A DNA stretch of 64,000 nt from Neodothiora populina (Eukaryota): NCBI RefSeq assembly GCF_041146345.1, contig NW_027191410.1, positions 248,001 to 312,000 on the forward strand, given 5' to 3'. Positions 25,845-37,317 of this stretch are shown here, piece by piece. Each line of letters opens with the position of its first letter. Position 1 is the stretch's first letter. The position numbers were made by a program, and so were the translations under genes. The notes below the pieces were generated by a model. That model saw only the letters and a program-made list of their open reading frames with translations, had not been told where the DNA came from and ran no database searches.

Positions 25845-28179
25845 TCAATTCCTCAACGTCATCGACGACGGCGGCGCATTCTTCGAGCCCACGCCCCGCG
25901 ACATTTCTGCTAGAGCATGAGCGGCATCGTGCGCGTCAATCTCCATGGCCGGCGAGTGTGACGTCTCGGTGCCCCGTCGGGCATAAGGGTAGACGTGGTG
26001 GACACGACCATATACGTCTGGGCCGAGCTGGACGTTCTTTTCTCGGGCTGTGGTAAGGAAGTCGGAACATGACATGCGGGAGTCGATGTGTTGGCTATTT
26101 GATTGTCCCAGTGATGATGAGGAGGAAGACTTGGTGTCGGCGAAGTGAGTGATCTGTGCCATTTCCCGACACTGCCGAGCCTTTTCTGGATCAGCAAGAC
26201 ACATGTCACAAGAGCCGGGTCCGGTGGCACGGGTAGGTGCCTCAAGGAAGGTGGGAGTGCTTGATGAATTGTTTCTGTCACTGCTTTGGTTTAGGGACAG
26301 CGGCGCCGTCACACGCTGCTCGCTGATGGGTGGCAAAGTCGGGGTGTCGTCTTGACCGCCCATGCACACGCAGTTGTCCGGTCGGGTACAGAAGCCACAG
26401 TGATCCGCACTTCCAATGGGCGACTCGGCCATGACTTGATCGTCGTCTGCAAGTGAAGAGAAGATGGTTGGCTGTGTTGGGCGAGCAGGCTGAGGTTGGA
26501 ACTGAGGCTGTGCTTTTGGCTTTGCGAACATGGCGGTGAAGTCCGTCTCCATGTTATCGTGGTCATAGTCGTCCTCTGGAGGAGTGGGCACGGCTGGATA
26601 CGGCTGTTCCTGGCGGTAATCAGTATGTTGCAAGTCCAAGCACCAGAGGAAGAGCTTGTGTGGTCTAACTCACGGGTGCAGCAGCAACTGAAGACTGCAT
26701 TTTCTGGAGTGCTTGTTTCAACGCGGCAACTTCGGCGGCTTGATCTCTGATCAATGCCTCCTTGGCCTCGAGATCAGCTCTCCATTTGAGCCTTTCGGCA
26801 TCCCGTGAAGCCCTCTCGGTCTCCAGTTCCCTCTCTATCATCTGGACCTTGAGTGCCCGACGATCTCGAAAGGCTCGTTGCGCATGACGGTTCTGCTGCT
26901 TCCTTTTGTCGTCGGTGTCTTCGGCCATTGGCTTGCGGCCAGGCTTAGGTCGAGCCGGCAGGGCGACAGGCTTCGAGATGGGGCCATTGTGCTTGCGAGG
27001 GATGGCAACCTTGGCGAGGGGAATCTCGCCTACAGCATCAGGCGTTGGGGGTTGGTCTTGCGCACTGCAGGGGTGGCGCGTGGTCAGTAAAGTTGCACAG
27101 GAAACAAGAACAAAGACACTTGGTCGACGGCGACGGATGGTAAACGGAAGGGCAAGGAAAGGCGTCGGTGCAATCAGGCTGACTCACCACCCGTTCATCC
27201 GCCCTGAGAAAGCAGTGTCGCCTCCTTGATTATCATAGGAGCGCCACTGTCCAGTCGAGTATTGACTCTGCGAGGCAAAAGAGTCGTTGCGATTGAGAGG
27301 AACGGCAGTCATATTCCCGGCTAGCGGATGTGGAGGAGCTGCATGTACTTGTTGTAGATGGAAGTGGTGATCTGATAAGATATTTCAGTCAAGAACGAGT
27401 AAAGCTGTGCCGCCGCCTGTCGCCCGGACTCGCCGGTTTCGCTCCACTAAGAGGTGGGGAAAAATGGGCGGAATGGGTGACTTGGGAGAAAATCGGAACG
27501 GGTCTTGCCGTCGTAGTTCTCTCAATCGACCCACTCTGACACTACGACTCGTCCGGCCTTGCCTTTCGTGCAATAGTCGTGTCTGTCGCATGTACCAGGC
27601 GATACCTGATGTGGACTACTAATGCACTCGGACTCGGCTATCGCTGACCAAAAGCAGAGTGGCTATCTCTGCATTGGTATCGGCGATCTATCATTTCCTC
27701 GACAGAAATCATATGATAACATGACTGCGAACACAGGATGCGAAAACAGACTCACGGTTCAATCGCTGGCTGCTTTCTTGTAATCCCAGCTGTCCTGGCT
27801 GCTCGAACATTGGTGGCGGGTACTGCTCAATGTTGTGATTGGTCGTATCGTAAGAAGAAGGTCCTGATAGGGCTCCTCGATGATCATATGCACCAGTGTA
27901 TGGTGCAGGCATACCGCCGTACACTGCCTGCTGGAAATCGTGATTCGTGCACGATCCAATATTCCGGTCAAACGCAAACATGTTATTGCCGTGTGCTTGA
28001 TGTTGTTGTTCCTGTATAATATCTGGCACCATTTGCTGCTGCATCGCCATAGCATCGTAGTACCTCTCGGCCGGTGGTGTAATCAGATGAGAGTCACCGT
28101 ATAGACTCTGCTGTTGCTCTGACATCTGAACCATGTTGCGCTCCAGTTGCCATGGATCCTGCCCAGACTGATCCATCAT
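25845..28179 (-). CDS. Divergent HapX-like bZIP transcription factor (about 587 aa); exons 28179-27756, 27371-27188, 27064-26674, 26609-25845
   Basis: LPARPKPGRKP precedes a Yap-type basic region KRKQQNRHAQRAFRDRR and a coiled coil; Cys motifs CGFCTRPDNCVC and GPGSCDMC..QC; C-terminal PAMEIDA. All three introns start GTGAGT, end CAG and keep frame (1764 nt total). Exon 1 is the least certain. Confidence 0.75.
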
Positions 28180-28613
28180 GTTGATATTCAAATGAATGTA
28201 GCTATAGTGATTGGGTGAGGATGAGTGAATTATCCTTTTGTTATTTTCTTATTCATATATCTGAAAATGATGGTTCTTGCAGTTGTCATGCAGGACATTC
28301 GCGAATGCTCTTATGCTTATTACCTACGTCCATCGACTACATACTAATAAGGGTCTGTCCTCCGGTGCAGCGAACTTTCTTTCCATTCCATTAGGTACGC
28401 ACTACGCTTCTCCTCTAAGCTTGGCGATAGAAGAGAGTCCCAAAAGGTAGTCCCTCGAGTTACCATACTGACGGTGTTTGTCCTGTGGCGAAGCTTCTCG
28501 CCAAGATCGATACTCGTGCCTGCTGGATTAGTCGTGTAGTAGCGCACCTGCCCCTTTCCGTCCTCTGTAATCTCGATACTGTGGGTAAAGAGACAAATGG
28601 CCAGCGGAACTCA

Positions 28614-29466
28614 TCATGATAGTCTCATGTCTTTTCCCAATGTCTCATCCTCGCTGACTCCTTCGCCGAACATCCAGTATTGTACACCAAGATATGAGTC
28701 ACATGAGGCTTGGAACAAACCACACAGCTTGAAAGACCAAGGTATGGTGCTGTCGGCCAAGAAGAAGAAGCACATCTTCATCGCATCACCGAGAAGCCAG
28801 TTGGCCAAGACGCTGAGACGAAACCCTTTGCAGCTGCGGTTCCTCTGGTTGCTCAGTATTTGGGGAAGTGGGAGTGTAGCTTCGATGCTGAGCGCGATGT
28901 AGCCCTGTAGTGCTGTGAACCAGGGCGTTTGCCCGAATATAGCTTGCAGTATGAGCAATGTTAGGCTATAGTAGCCCAAGAACTTCCAGTATGGTCGTGC
29001 GAGTCTCCATTGCCAAAAGTTAAAGGGCCGCTTCGCCACCGAGTCTCCATTTGCTGAGCCTGCAAATGGTGTATTTGCAGCGCGGGACGGCGGCCGGTTC
29101 TGCAAAGCCACGTGCAGCAGAACGCTTTGCACTATGACCATCAGCCCTGCCTGGAGCAGCAAGGACATGTCATAGTGAGCACCCAGCCAGTAGAACAACC
29201 TGAAGGGGCACGGTCAGCTCACTGGCCAATCATCTTGAGGCCGTCAAGATTACTTCAGTATGGATGCGACAAGCATGATCAATGGTATGTCTAATGAGAA
29301 ACCAGCAGAGGAGCGAGACCTATGCATGGCATAGATCTGGTCGCCATAGCTTGTGACCGGTGAAGTGACCAAGAAGACTGGCGCAATGTGCGTGATCAAC
29401 CAAGTGATGAGCGAAGATATACTCACTGGGAGTGGTCAGTCAAGACCAACAACGTAAACGCCTACT
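28614..29466 (-). CDS. PQ-loop membrane protein (PQLC1/Any1-like)
   Basis: SPVTSYGDQI....SAGFSLDIPLIMLVASILK|LFYW.G, FWQW, LSIEATLPLPQILSN, GFRLSVLANWLLGD, FKLCGLFQ; exact start uncertain. Confidence 0.85.
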
Positions 29467-30172
29467 GATAATCAAGCACAAGCATAGCTGTCTTTTTCGC
29501 AGACTCTATAAGTCAATTGTGACTTGCGCATTGGTTCATTGATCTCAGGCATCTCAATGGCCAGCACCATGACAAATCATGTAGGCAAGATACGAGGAAG
29601 AGGGACTCGGCAATTCCATATTTGTCTTGCGATATCACTCACACTGCTCAAGACCCATTGTGTCGAGGTATCCACGGCACTTTCTCCGTCTTCTACCCGT
29701 GGGAGTTTCTGGTTTTCCGGCTCGATCGAATGAGCGTACTTTCTCAACGTGACAAAAGTGGCAAGCTGGAAACATATGGCATTAAAGGGGATGAGACGTC
29801 GTTTCGCGTATGCATGTAGTCTTGGCGCTAGTGGCCTTATGCACTGACAGCCGCCGGCATAGCGAAAGCTTCACCACCAATTTCGAGATACTGCAACTTA
29901 CTGTCAACTCTAATAACGGTCTAGCCTGAAGGAGGGTGAAGCTGTGACAAGCCATACTTATGATGACCTAAAAGAGGACGTAACCCTGTAGAAAAGTACT
30001 TTGTCTGAATAGAGGCATTTTGTAAAATTCCATAGCACTGAAGATCGGCTTATGTACAGATTGACGCCTTTAAGGTACGTAAGTGTACTCACAACTGAGA
30101 TCTTGTGGGAGCGACACGTCACTAGATGATCTATATACTGGCACAAGAAGAGTCCTAGAAGCAAGCCTTATC

Positions 30173-32520
30173 TTAAACCTTGGTCGAGTCCTTCGGCTCT
30201 TGCTCCGCCTCGGTCTCGAGGAAGAGCATTTCTTGGGCGCTCCACAACTCGGAATAAACACCACCACTGTCAACAAGACGCTCGTGCGTGCCTTGTTCTG
30301 CGACATGGCCGTCCTTTAGGACAATGATGACATCCGAGTCGTAGATTGTACGGAGTCGATGGGCTACGAAGACGCTGGTGCGGCCCTTTTCCTTGAGAAT
30401 ACTGTTGATGTTTCCGAGTAACGACTGCTCGGTATGCGTGTCCAGAGCTGAAGTCGCCTCATCGAAGAACAACAGAGGAGGATCCTTTAGCAGGAGTCTG
30501 GCAATCGCCAGCCTCTGTTTCTCTCCTCCGGAGATCATCATACCACGCTCACCAACCATGGTCTTGTATTTATCTGGGAAGCGTTCGATGATCTCATGAA
30601 CCTTAGCACGCTTCGTGGCAGCCTCCACTTGCGAGATGTCTTTTGAGAGATCACCATAACGGATGTTGTGCTCAATGGTATCGTTGAACAATGGCGTATC
30701 TTGAGGGACCACTCCGATAGCCTTTCGGAGACTCTCAATGCTCACATCGCGGATGTCTTGACCATCGATAAGAATGCGACCGCTCTTGACGTCGTAGAAG
30801 CGGAACAAAAGGCGCAGGATAGTAGACTTGCCGCAACCACTAGGACCGACGATGGCGACCTTCTTACCGGCTGGAATGGTCAAGTTCATGTTCCTCAAGA
30901 TGGTTCTGTCATCTCGGTAGCCGAAAGTGACGTTCTCAAACTTGATTTCTCCCCCAGTGAGTCGCAAAGGCTTGGCATGCGCTGGCTCCTTGATGGCAAC
31001 ATTGACCTTTTGCAGGTTGAAAAGGGTTTCCATGTCAAGGAGACTCTGTCTTAGCTCCCGATAGACAGATCCTAAGAAATTCAAGGGCACCGAGAGCTGG
31101 AACAGGAGCTGGTTAACCAAAACAAGATCGCCAACTGTCAGTGCTCCGGTAGCAACACCGTCCGCCGCAAAATACATCATCGCGGTCAGAGCACTGGAGA
31201 AGATGAGATTCTGGCCGCTGTTGAGGAAAGCTAGAGAGGTGGCGACTTTGATGGACGCATCCTGATAGTTGCGAAGAGCAGCATCATAACGGCCGGCTTC
31301 GTACTTCTCGTTGTTAAAATACTATCGGGACAGTCAGCGAGTGTCGTTCCCATGCGTTCCTACGGCTGATACCTTGACAGCTTCATAATTAATCAGTGAG
31401 TCCACAGCCACGGTCGCGCCTTTGTTATCAGCCGCATTTGCTGCTTTCCTGAACTTGGTTCTCCATGATGTAGTGCTGATTGTGAATGCCGTGTAAGCAG
31501 CCATGGTCGCCATGGTGATCATTGCAAACTTGAATCCAAATTGCCATGTCTAGATCGGTATAAGTTATTATTGTGCTCTGAGATTTTCCGACGTAGATTG
31601 CGCATACCAATATACCACAAACCATAGAGATTTCCAAAGCTGTGGGTATGATGTGAAAAACCATGGAGGTCAAGAGGAAGCTTATACCCTTTGTACCACG
31701 ATCGATCGCTCGTGTCAGACCACCAGTCTGGCGAGACAAATGGAATGCGAGATCCAAGTTCAGTAAGTGCTCAAAGACGTTGGCAGCAACACGGCGAATA
31801 GATTTTTGGGCTACACTGGCGAATACGGCGTTACGTAGCTCCTGGAAAAGAGCCGCACCAATCCTTGCGGCACCATCTTGAGATTGTCAGAGAAGCAGAA
31901 GAATGAAGACGATAAGAGGCTTACATGAGAAGATAGCTGCACCAGCGACCGTCATGGCGGTGCCGCCTACTGCAGCGAAGTCTACATTCATGGAGTCTAT
32001 GATACTTTTAAAGTAAAAAGGGACTTGGACATTCAGAATCTACTCTGCAATCAATTTCACTGCGGTTTTGGAATCGATATACAATCAAAGAGGTGGAATC
32101 TACCTTTGCGCCTACGAGGAGAGCAACTGAAAGGCTGACTCTGAACCGCGTGCCAAAGTCGTTCTTGGGCCACAAATAGCGAGCCATGTCCTTGACGATG
32201 GCCCAATCGGCCTTCCGCTGCTCCTTATTGGACACTGTCTGCTCAGCTAACAGAGAGGGTGGCTTAGCCGGTGTACTCGCTTTCTCTTGCTTGACAGCGT
32301 CCGGTTTTGGTGGCTGGACTGCATCGGTCTTGACTTCGCTACCATCGACCCTTTGTGTGTTGTTCTTGTTCCATGCTATTGGCGAGGTCCTGAATGAACG
32401 TCCATCTCGACGGATGGATCTTGACACTCGCAGCGCCGGGCTTACTCTACTTGTGATATTTGATGCCTGCCATATGTGACGTTGTCCGCAGACGCCCCGC
32501 AAGGCGCCAAAGGTGGACAT
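30173..32520 (-). CDS. ATM1: Mitochondrial half ABC transporter for Fe-S export; 5 exons
   Basis: [55 protein letters not shown], Walker [28 protein letters not shown]. Confidence 0.97.
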
Positions 32521-33335
32521 ATCAGGACGAACTCGACTCGACGTGTTCTGTAAAGCTCATAGCCCAGCCATATCTTTACTTTATATGTGCGAGGTCGTAA
32601 AAGAACAATTGCGAATGTAGTTCTACCGTCTCGAACAGTCTCCGTTTGGGCCGGTTATTGGTGTTCGATGTCTGGGAAGGTAAGATCTGATAAGGACGTC
32701 AAGCTATGGGGGGTTGATGCACAGATGCCATATGGTGCAATCGCGCGTGCTTGGCGGAGGGACCAGTAACGACATCATTTTATTCATAGGTGCATTTCAC
32801 TTTTGTTACGTGGTACTATTCGAAGCGAAGAATATGAGCATGCTGCTTTTCCTTCTGCCAATTTGTATGCCAGAGCACAAGTACATATCCTTACCGTATG
32901 ATTTCAGTTCTATCATGTGTACTCATGATGCGTATGTGATTAATACGCCACGCTACATAGGTATCATGAACCACAGGACTAATCACATATGATCATGCAA
33001 TTAAATAAAGTATAGTGTTGAAGTATGGCGCGTCAATCGCAAATGACTGCAATGGTTATACGGCGGTTCACACAAGCTAGAGGTTCATGTGTAATAGCAA
33101 AATGATATGATGCGGTGGGAGGAAAGGCAAAAGTGGCCCGAAAGATTAGATACTGGGTAATCGAGAGTGGAGAAATTATTGAAGCTTTTCTTGCACTTCG
33201 TGGTTGAGAGCTGAGCTTTGATACACTTTTCTGTTATTCGTAATGTCGTTTGTTCTTCCAAAATGCTTGATGTTGTTTCAACAAGTCTTGATTAGGACCT
33301 TTCTTGACAGGTTCATAGTCCCGAGGTAGCTGTTC

Positions 33336-33701
33336 TCAAGCGCCACCCTCTCGCTTAGCGTATTCATCCTCCATAGCTTCGCGATACTTCTTGTCGGCCT
33401 CAGTCTCATCTAGCTGGTCAGTAACATCTTCGACCTCAATGTCTTGGATGCGTCTCTGATCAGCTCCTGGAGCAGAGTGAGCCGAGAGCAACTCGCGGCC
33501 CTGGTTGTCGTAGTGTCTAGTTTCCTCGACCGATGGTTCGCCGAGTGTGTGAGAAACAGTGCGAACAGTCGTACCGCGTGGGTCTGAGGATGACTGGCTC
33601 ATGTAGGCTTGTCCGCTCATGCGACCATTGTTAGAGGAGGACGAGGACGAGCTGAAGGAGGTGTAGGAAGAGGAGGTAAAGGAAGAGCTGGAGTGCGACA
33701 T
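33336..33701 (-). CDS. Small Ser-rich/acidic hypothetical protein (121 aa)
   Basis: Clean ORF with catcATG context; ends KYREAMEDEYAKREGGA, a tail I recall from uncharacterised filamentous-fungal proteins. Confidence 0.7.
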   Translation of the reverse strand: MSHSSSSFTSSSYTSFSSSSSSSNNGRMSGQAYMSQSSSDPRGTTVRTVSHTLGEPSVEETRHYDNQGRELLSAHSAPGADQRRIQDIEVEDVTDQLDETEADKKYREAMEDEYAKREGGA

Positions 33702-34616
33702 GATGATGACGATATTGCTAGGTAGTAATGTTTGGTAGAGGATGTAGTGTTGGTAGTGGAATACTCAAGGGGCGGTTGATTGTGTAATGGTGTGATAGCT
33801 TGAGGAAGGATAGTGGTGATGAGAAAGTATTGTTTTTGTAAGGTCAAGTATGGTACTTTACTTATCCATAGTAGGCAACTGTTGGCAGACAGAAGTTGGG
33901 AGGCAATGTAACGAATGACGCAGAAGCAGAAGTAGGCCATAAAGAAGCTCCGCGATTGTGGCGGTGCATCACCTCACGCGAATGACATGCCTTCTTTCAG
34001 GCGGACAGGGTATCCCTCTATCCCCGTGTAAAATCCACGTCCATTTTGTGCGTCTTGGGACGTTTCCAAGCCGAATTAGTGTGAAGAGTACAAAGGTGTG
34101 ATTCCGTACGGTCTGTGGTATTGCTAATTCAATGATCCTTCTCAGCTATGCTAACTGAACGGTGTTCGTGTCGAGACCATCAGCATAGTGATTGTCTTGA
34201 AAACATGTTTTGGAAAGCCACATGCAAGTATGATACGTGCTACTATCATACAGATCTCATCTATCGATGTATTCCATTCATCTCGATGAAATCCTTCTAT
34301 CAGGACACAATATCGAATTTGCGCAAGGTCGCTACAACGTATCATTACTTCGATGTGGGTCTACTTATATGGGAGCGAAAGACGCATCTGCAAGCTCATT
34401 GCCACATTCTCGAAACAAATTGTGGCGCACAACGAGACAGCGTTATGGTCCACTCACGCATGTGAAGCAGAATTGGCACGTGCATATATATGTGAGGCAG
34501 CCAGGCACCATAATCTATTGCAACTTCGATGCGCATCATCTCCAAAAACCATATAAGTTGCTTTACCTCCGCCAGACTTGTCCACAGCAAGTATAGTCAA
34601 CAAGTCAAAGCACATC

Positions 34617-35114
34617 ATGTCGGTAACGCTTCATACCACCCACGGACCGCTGAAATTTGAGCTCTTCTGCTCGGCTGCGCCCAAGACGACATATAACTTC
34701 CTCGCCCTCGCCGCAAGTTCCAAATACGATGACTCACCCTTTCACCGCCTCATCCCATCTTTCATCATACAAGGTGGATCCCCCGCCTCTGGCTCCACCA
34801 AGGACTCTCTGTCCATCTATGACCAGCCTTTCGAAGATGAGATCAACACTTCTTTGCTCAGGCACAATGCGCGTGGCATCTTGTCCATGGCCAACAAAGG
34901 ACCAGACACGAACGGCAGCCAATTCTTCGTCACTCTGGACAAAGCACCACATCTGGATGGGAAGAACACTGTTTTCGGACGTCTGATTGAGGGCTGGAGC
35001 ACGTTGGACAAAATCGAAACTATTCAAGTGGACAAGAAAAACCGACCGAAAGAGTCCGTCAAAATTGAGCGGGTCACCATACACGCAAACCCTCTGGCCG
35101 ATGAGCAGAGATGA
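34617..35114 (+). CDS. Cyclophilin-type peptidyl-prolyl isomerase (PPIL3/Cyp10-like)
   Basis: MSVTLHTTHG.LK.ELFC, NFLAL, FHRLI..FIIQGG, RGILSMANKGPDTNGSQFF, HLDGKNTVFG, TIHANP. Confidence 0.93.
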   Translation: MSVTLHTTHGPLKFELFCSAAPKTTYNFLALAASSKYDDSPFHRLIPSFIIQGGSPASGSTKDSLSIYDQPFEDEINTSLLRHNARGILSMANKGPDTNGSQFFVTLDKAPHLDGKNTVFGRLIEGWSTLDKIETIQVDKKNRPKESVKIERVTIHANPLADEQR

Positions 35115-35451
35115 TCACGTTTTATACGTCAGTCGAGCAGGCCGAATAGTGCTGGCTTGTCCTTCGAAGACAAGCTACAATGCACCATCTCCCGCGCCGA
35201 CAAACGGACAGCCATCTACGTCACACGTGTAGGCTCGGACGGGCTTATAGACAGTCACTGTAGATGTTCCGCAACGGGACTAACCTACAGATCCCGCGCC
35301 GCTGGTATCTGCGACCTGAGAGCTTCTTCTGGGGACAAGCATACAGTAGAAGAGCTAGGGAACGACAAGACTTGAACAGCACATCTCAACAAGCAAGTGC
35401 TGACAGTCTGCATTGGAGCAGTCGCGTAGCAGAAGGCAAGGCAGGCTCAAA

Positions 35452-36609
35452 TTACCGTGCTGTTGGCTTCAAGATAATGTTATCTATCAGTCTTACTGGG
35501 ACTTCGCCGTCGCCCAACCCACATTCCTCGCCCGGCTGTGGATGCTCCAGCGGCAACATTCTCATGGCCCCACTGATAATGGCTCCTTTTGTTTCATCCA
35601 CCTCGTCGACTTCCTGCATGGTGTCGGGGTCAGCTAAAGATAGATAATCCACCTCGATCCTGGCTCTGGCGCTTGGGTCCAATTCTTCCTGCTTAGCCAT
35701 CTCATTCATCACAAGCTCATTAGCAGGCCATAGAATATCGCTTCTGGTTCTCTTGCCCGCCGCATACTGTTTCTCCGCTGCGCCAAGTGCTTGAGACAAC
35801 ACAACGCCGACCTTCCGTCGTCTTGCTCCCAGGTAGACATTGCGCGAGCTAAGGGCCAAACCATCGACTTCGCGTTGTGTTGGGCCGATCTTGACCTCTG
35901 TGTTGAGATGAAAGTCCTGCACCATGCGCCGGATAACAACGGTTTGCTGAACATCTTTTTGGCCAAAGTAGACACGCTCTGGTTCTACAATGTTGAAAAG
36001 CTTCATACAGACTGTGGCGACGCCTCTAAAGAAGACTGGCCGCGATGCACCCTCCAATAGCTTTCCCACGGGCGTGACGGTGACGAAGGACCCTTCTCCG
36101 TCAATGTCGGACGTAGGAGGTAATGTAGGGTACATGACTTTGGAAGTAGGTGCGAAGACAGCAGTGATCCTGCCCGATCCGTTTGGTTTCGATTCCAACT
36201 CGGCGTCCAATGCCTCGAGCATTTTCATGTCTGATTCCCATGTTTTGGGGTATTTATCCAGATCCTCGTTGACACCGAACTGCGTGGGATTCACATATAT
36301 GGAAACGAAGACATCCGTGTTCTCTGCGGCAGCTTGTCGGACAAGGCTGATATGACCGTCATGCAAAGCGCCCATTGTAGGAACCAGTCCTACTGTGCGC
36401 TTCGAGTCGAGGAGGGAACGGCGATGTGCGCGGAGGGGCTGAACCTCGCGGAAAGTGTGGATATTACGACATAATCGCAAAGCAGCTGATGCTACACAAA
36501 TCAACTCGTGAACATGGCTGAAACTCACTCTGCACCACTTACTGTTCAGTTGGCAGCTCCGCAGACTGGGAGCTCTCATGATGCTGAATGAGCAAATGCC
36601 GGCAACCAT
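35452..36609 (-). CDS. PAN6: Pantoate--beta-alanine ligase
   Basis: GLVPTMGALHDGH, SIYVNPTQF, LEGASRP.FFRGVATV..KLFNIV, YFGQKD.QQ, DGLALSSRN.YL, RLIDN; probable in-frame gtaagt intron near the 5' end, so the start is uncertain. Confidence 0.93.
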   Translation of the reverse strand: MVAGICSFSIMRAPSLRSCQLNSKWCRVSFSHVHELICVASAALRLCRNIHTFREVQPLRAHRRSLLDSKRTVGLVPTMGALHDGHISLVRQAAAENTDVFVSIYVNPTQFGVNEDLDKYPKTWESDMKMLEALDAELESKPNGSGRITAVFAPTSKVMYPTLPPTSDIDGEGSFVTVTPVGKLLEGASRPVFFRGVATVCMKLFNIVEPERVYFGQKDVQQTVVIRRMVQDFHLNTEVKIGPTQREVDGLALSSRNVYLGARRRKVGVVLSQALGAAEKQYAAGKRTRSDILWPANELVMNEMAKQEELDPSARARIEVDYLSLADPDTMQEVDEVDETKGAIISGAMRMLPLEHPQPGEECGLGDGEVPVRLIDNIILKPTAR

Positions 36610-36933
36610 ATTAGTCCACCCTTGGTCGCGAGATGTGTCTGCGCTGGAGTAACAGCAGAAGAAACGACTGTCTGACTCATCGTAAGCTTGCCAATTGAGA
36701 ATAGCAACACAAAGAAAAAAGGATGAAGTTGCAGAACTGACAGTAACGACTCTACGCGGTGGTTTTGGTCACATGTGACGGATGCACCATTAATGTCACC
36801 GATGATTTTATGTCAGCATGCAGCACTAATAACAAAGGTGTGACAATAATACGAACCAGCTCCGAAGCCGCGGAAAAAGCACAGTCCCGCCTTTCTCGGG
36901 AGTGCCTCGACATCTCCGGTGAACGAGTCTCGA

Positions 36934-36956
36934 CCAATCAAACCGCCGATGTTGAC
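36934..36956 (+). promoter_or_regulatory. Candidate bipartite CCAAT-binding-complex:HapX site
   Basis: CCAAT-caaaccgccgat(12 nt)-GTTGAC matches the CSAAT-N12-RWT pattern with an overlapping TGAC half site, about 380 bp upstream of MET1. Confidence 0.4.
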
Positions 36957-37317
36957 ACCGAGATATGGCGAAATCGCTTTCTTGGCGACGATAAGCAGCA
37001 AAATGAGTTTCTTATCGCGGAATTTGGTGGGATGCTCTGAATGTACGAATACTGACAAAAGTATATTTTGGCTCCTACCTCCGGGGTGACTCTGTGTCTC
37101 TCTCGCTGTCGTTGTTGCTTTTCTTGCTCTGATAAGGAGTCTACGCTGACCTTGGCTGGTTCCTCACGATCACCTGGTGTTTTCGGTCCTCCGAAACCTA
37201 TTGTTTCTTTCCCAGCTTGGTACTGCTAGGCTCGTCCGCCACATCCTACCGAGAAAAGTATTCTAGTCAAGGGAAACAGCAACACGCAAAGCAAATACAA
37301 GAACAAAGATTGCCACA

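Noticed and set aside
34100..34600. Overlapping short ORFs and an intron-like signal upstream of the cyclophilin
   Set aside because: No recognisable protein motif or codon bias, and I could not build a coherent gene model.
35112..35130. Cryptic peroxisomal signal by readthrough (TGA followed by Ser-Arg-Leu codons) after the cyclophilin
   Set aside because: SRL is not followed by a stop and the context is not TGA-CTA. The other stops I checked also gave no PTS1 extension.
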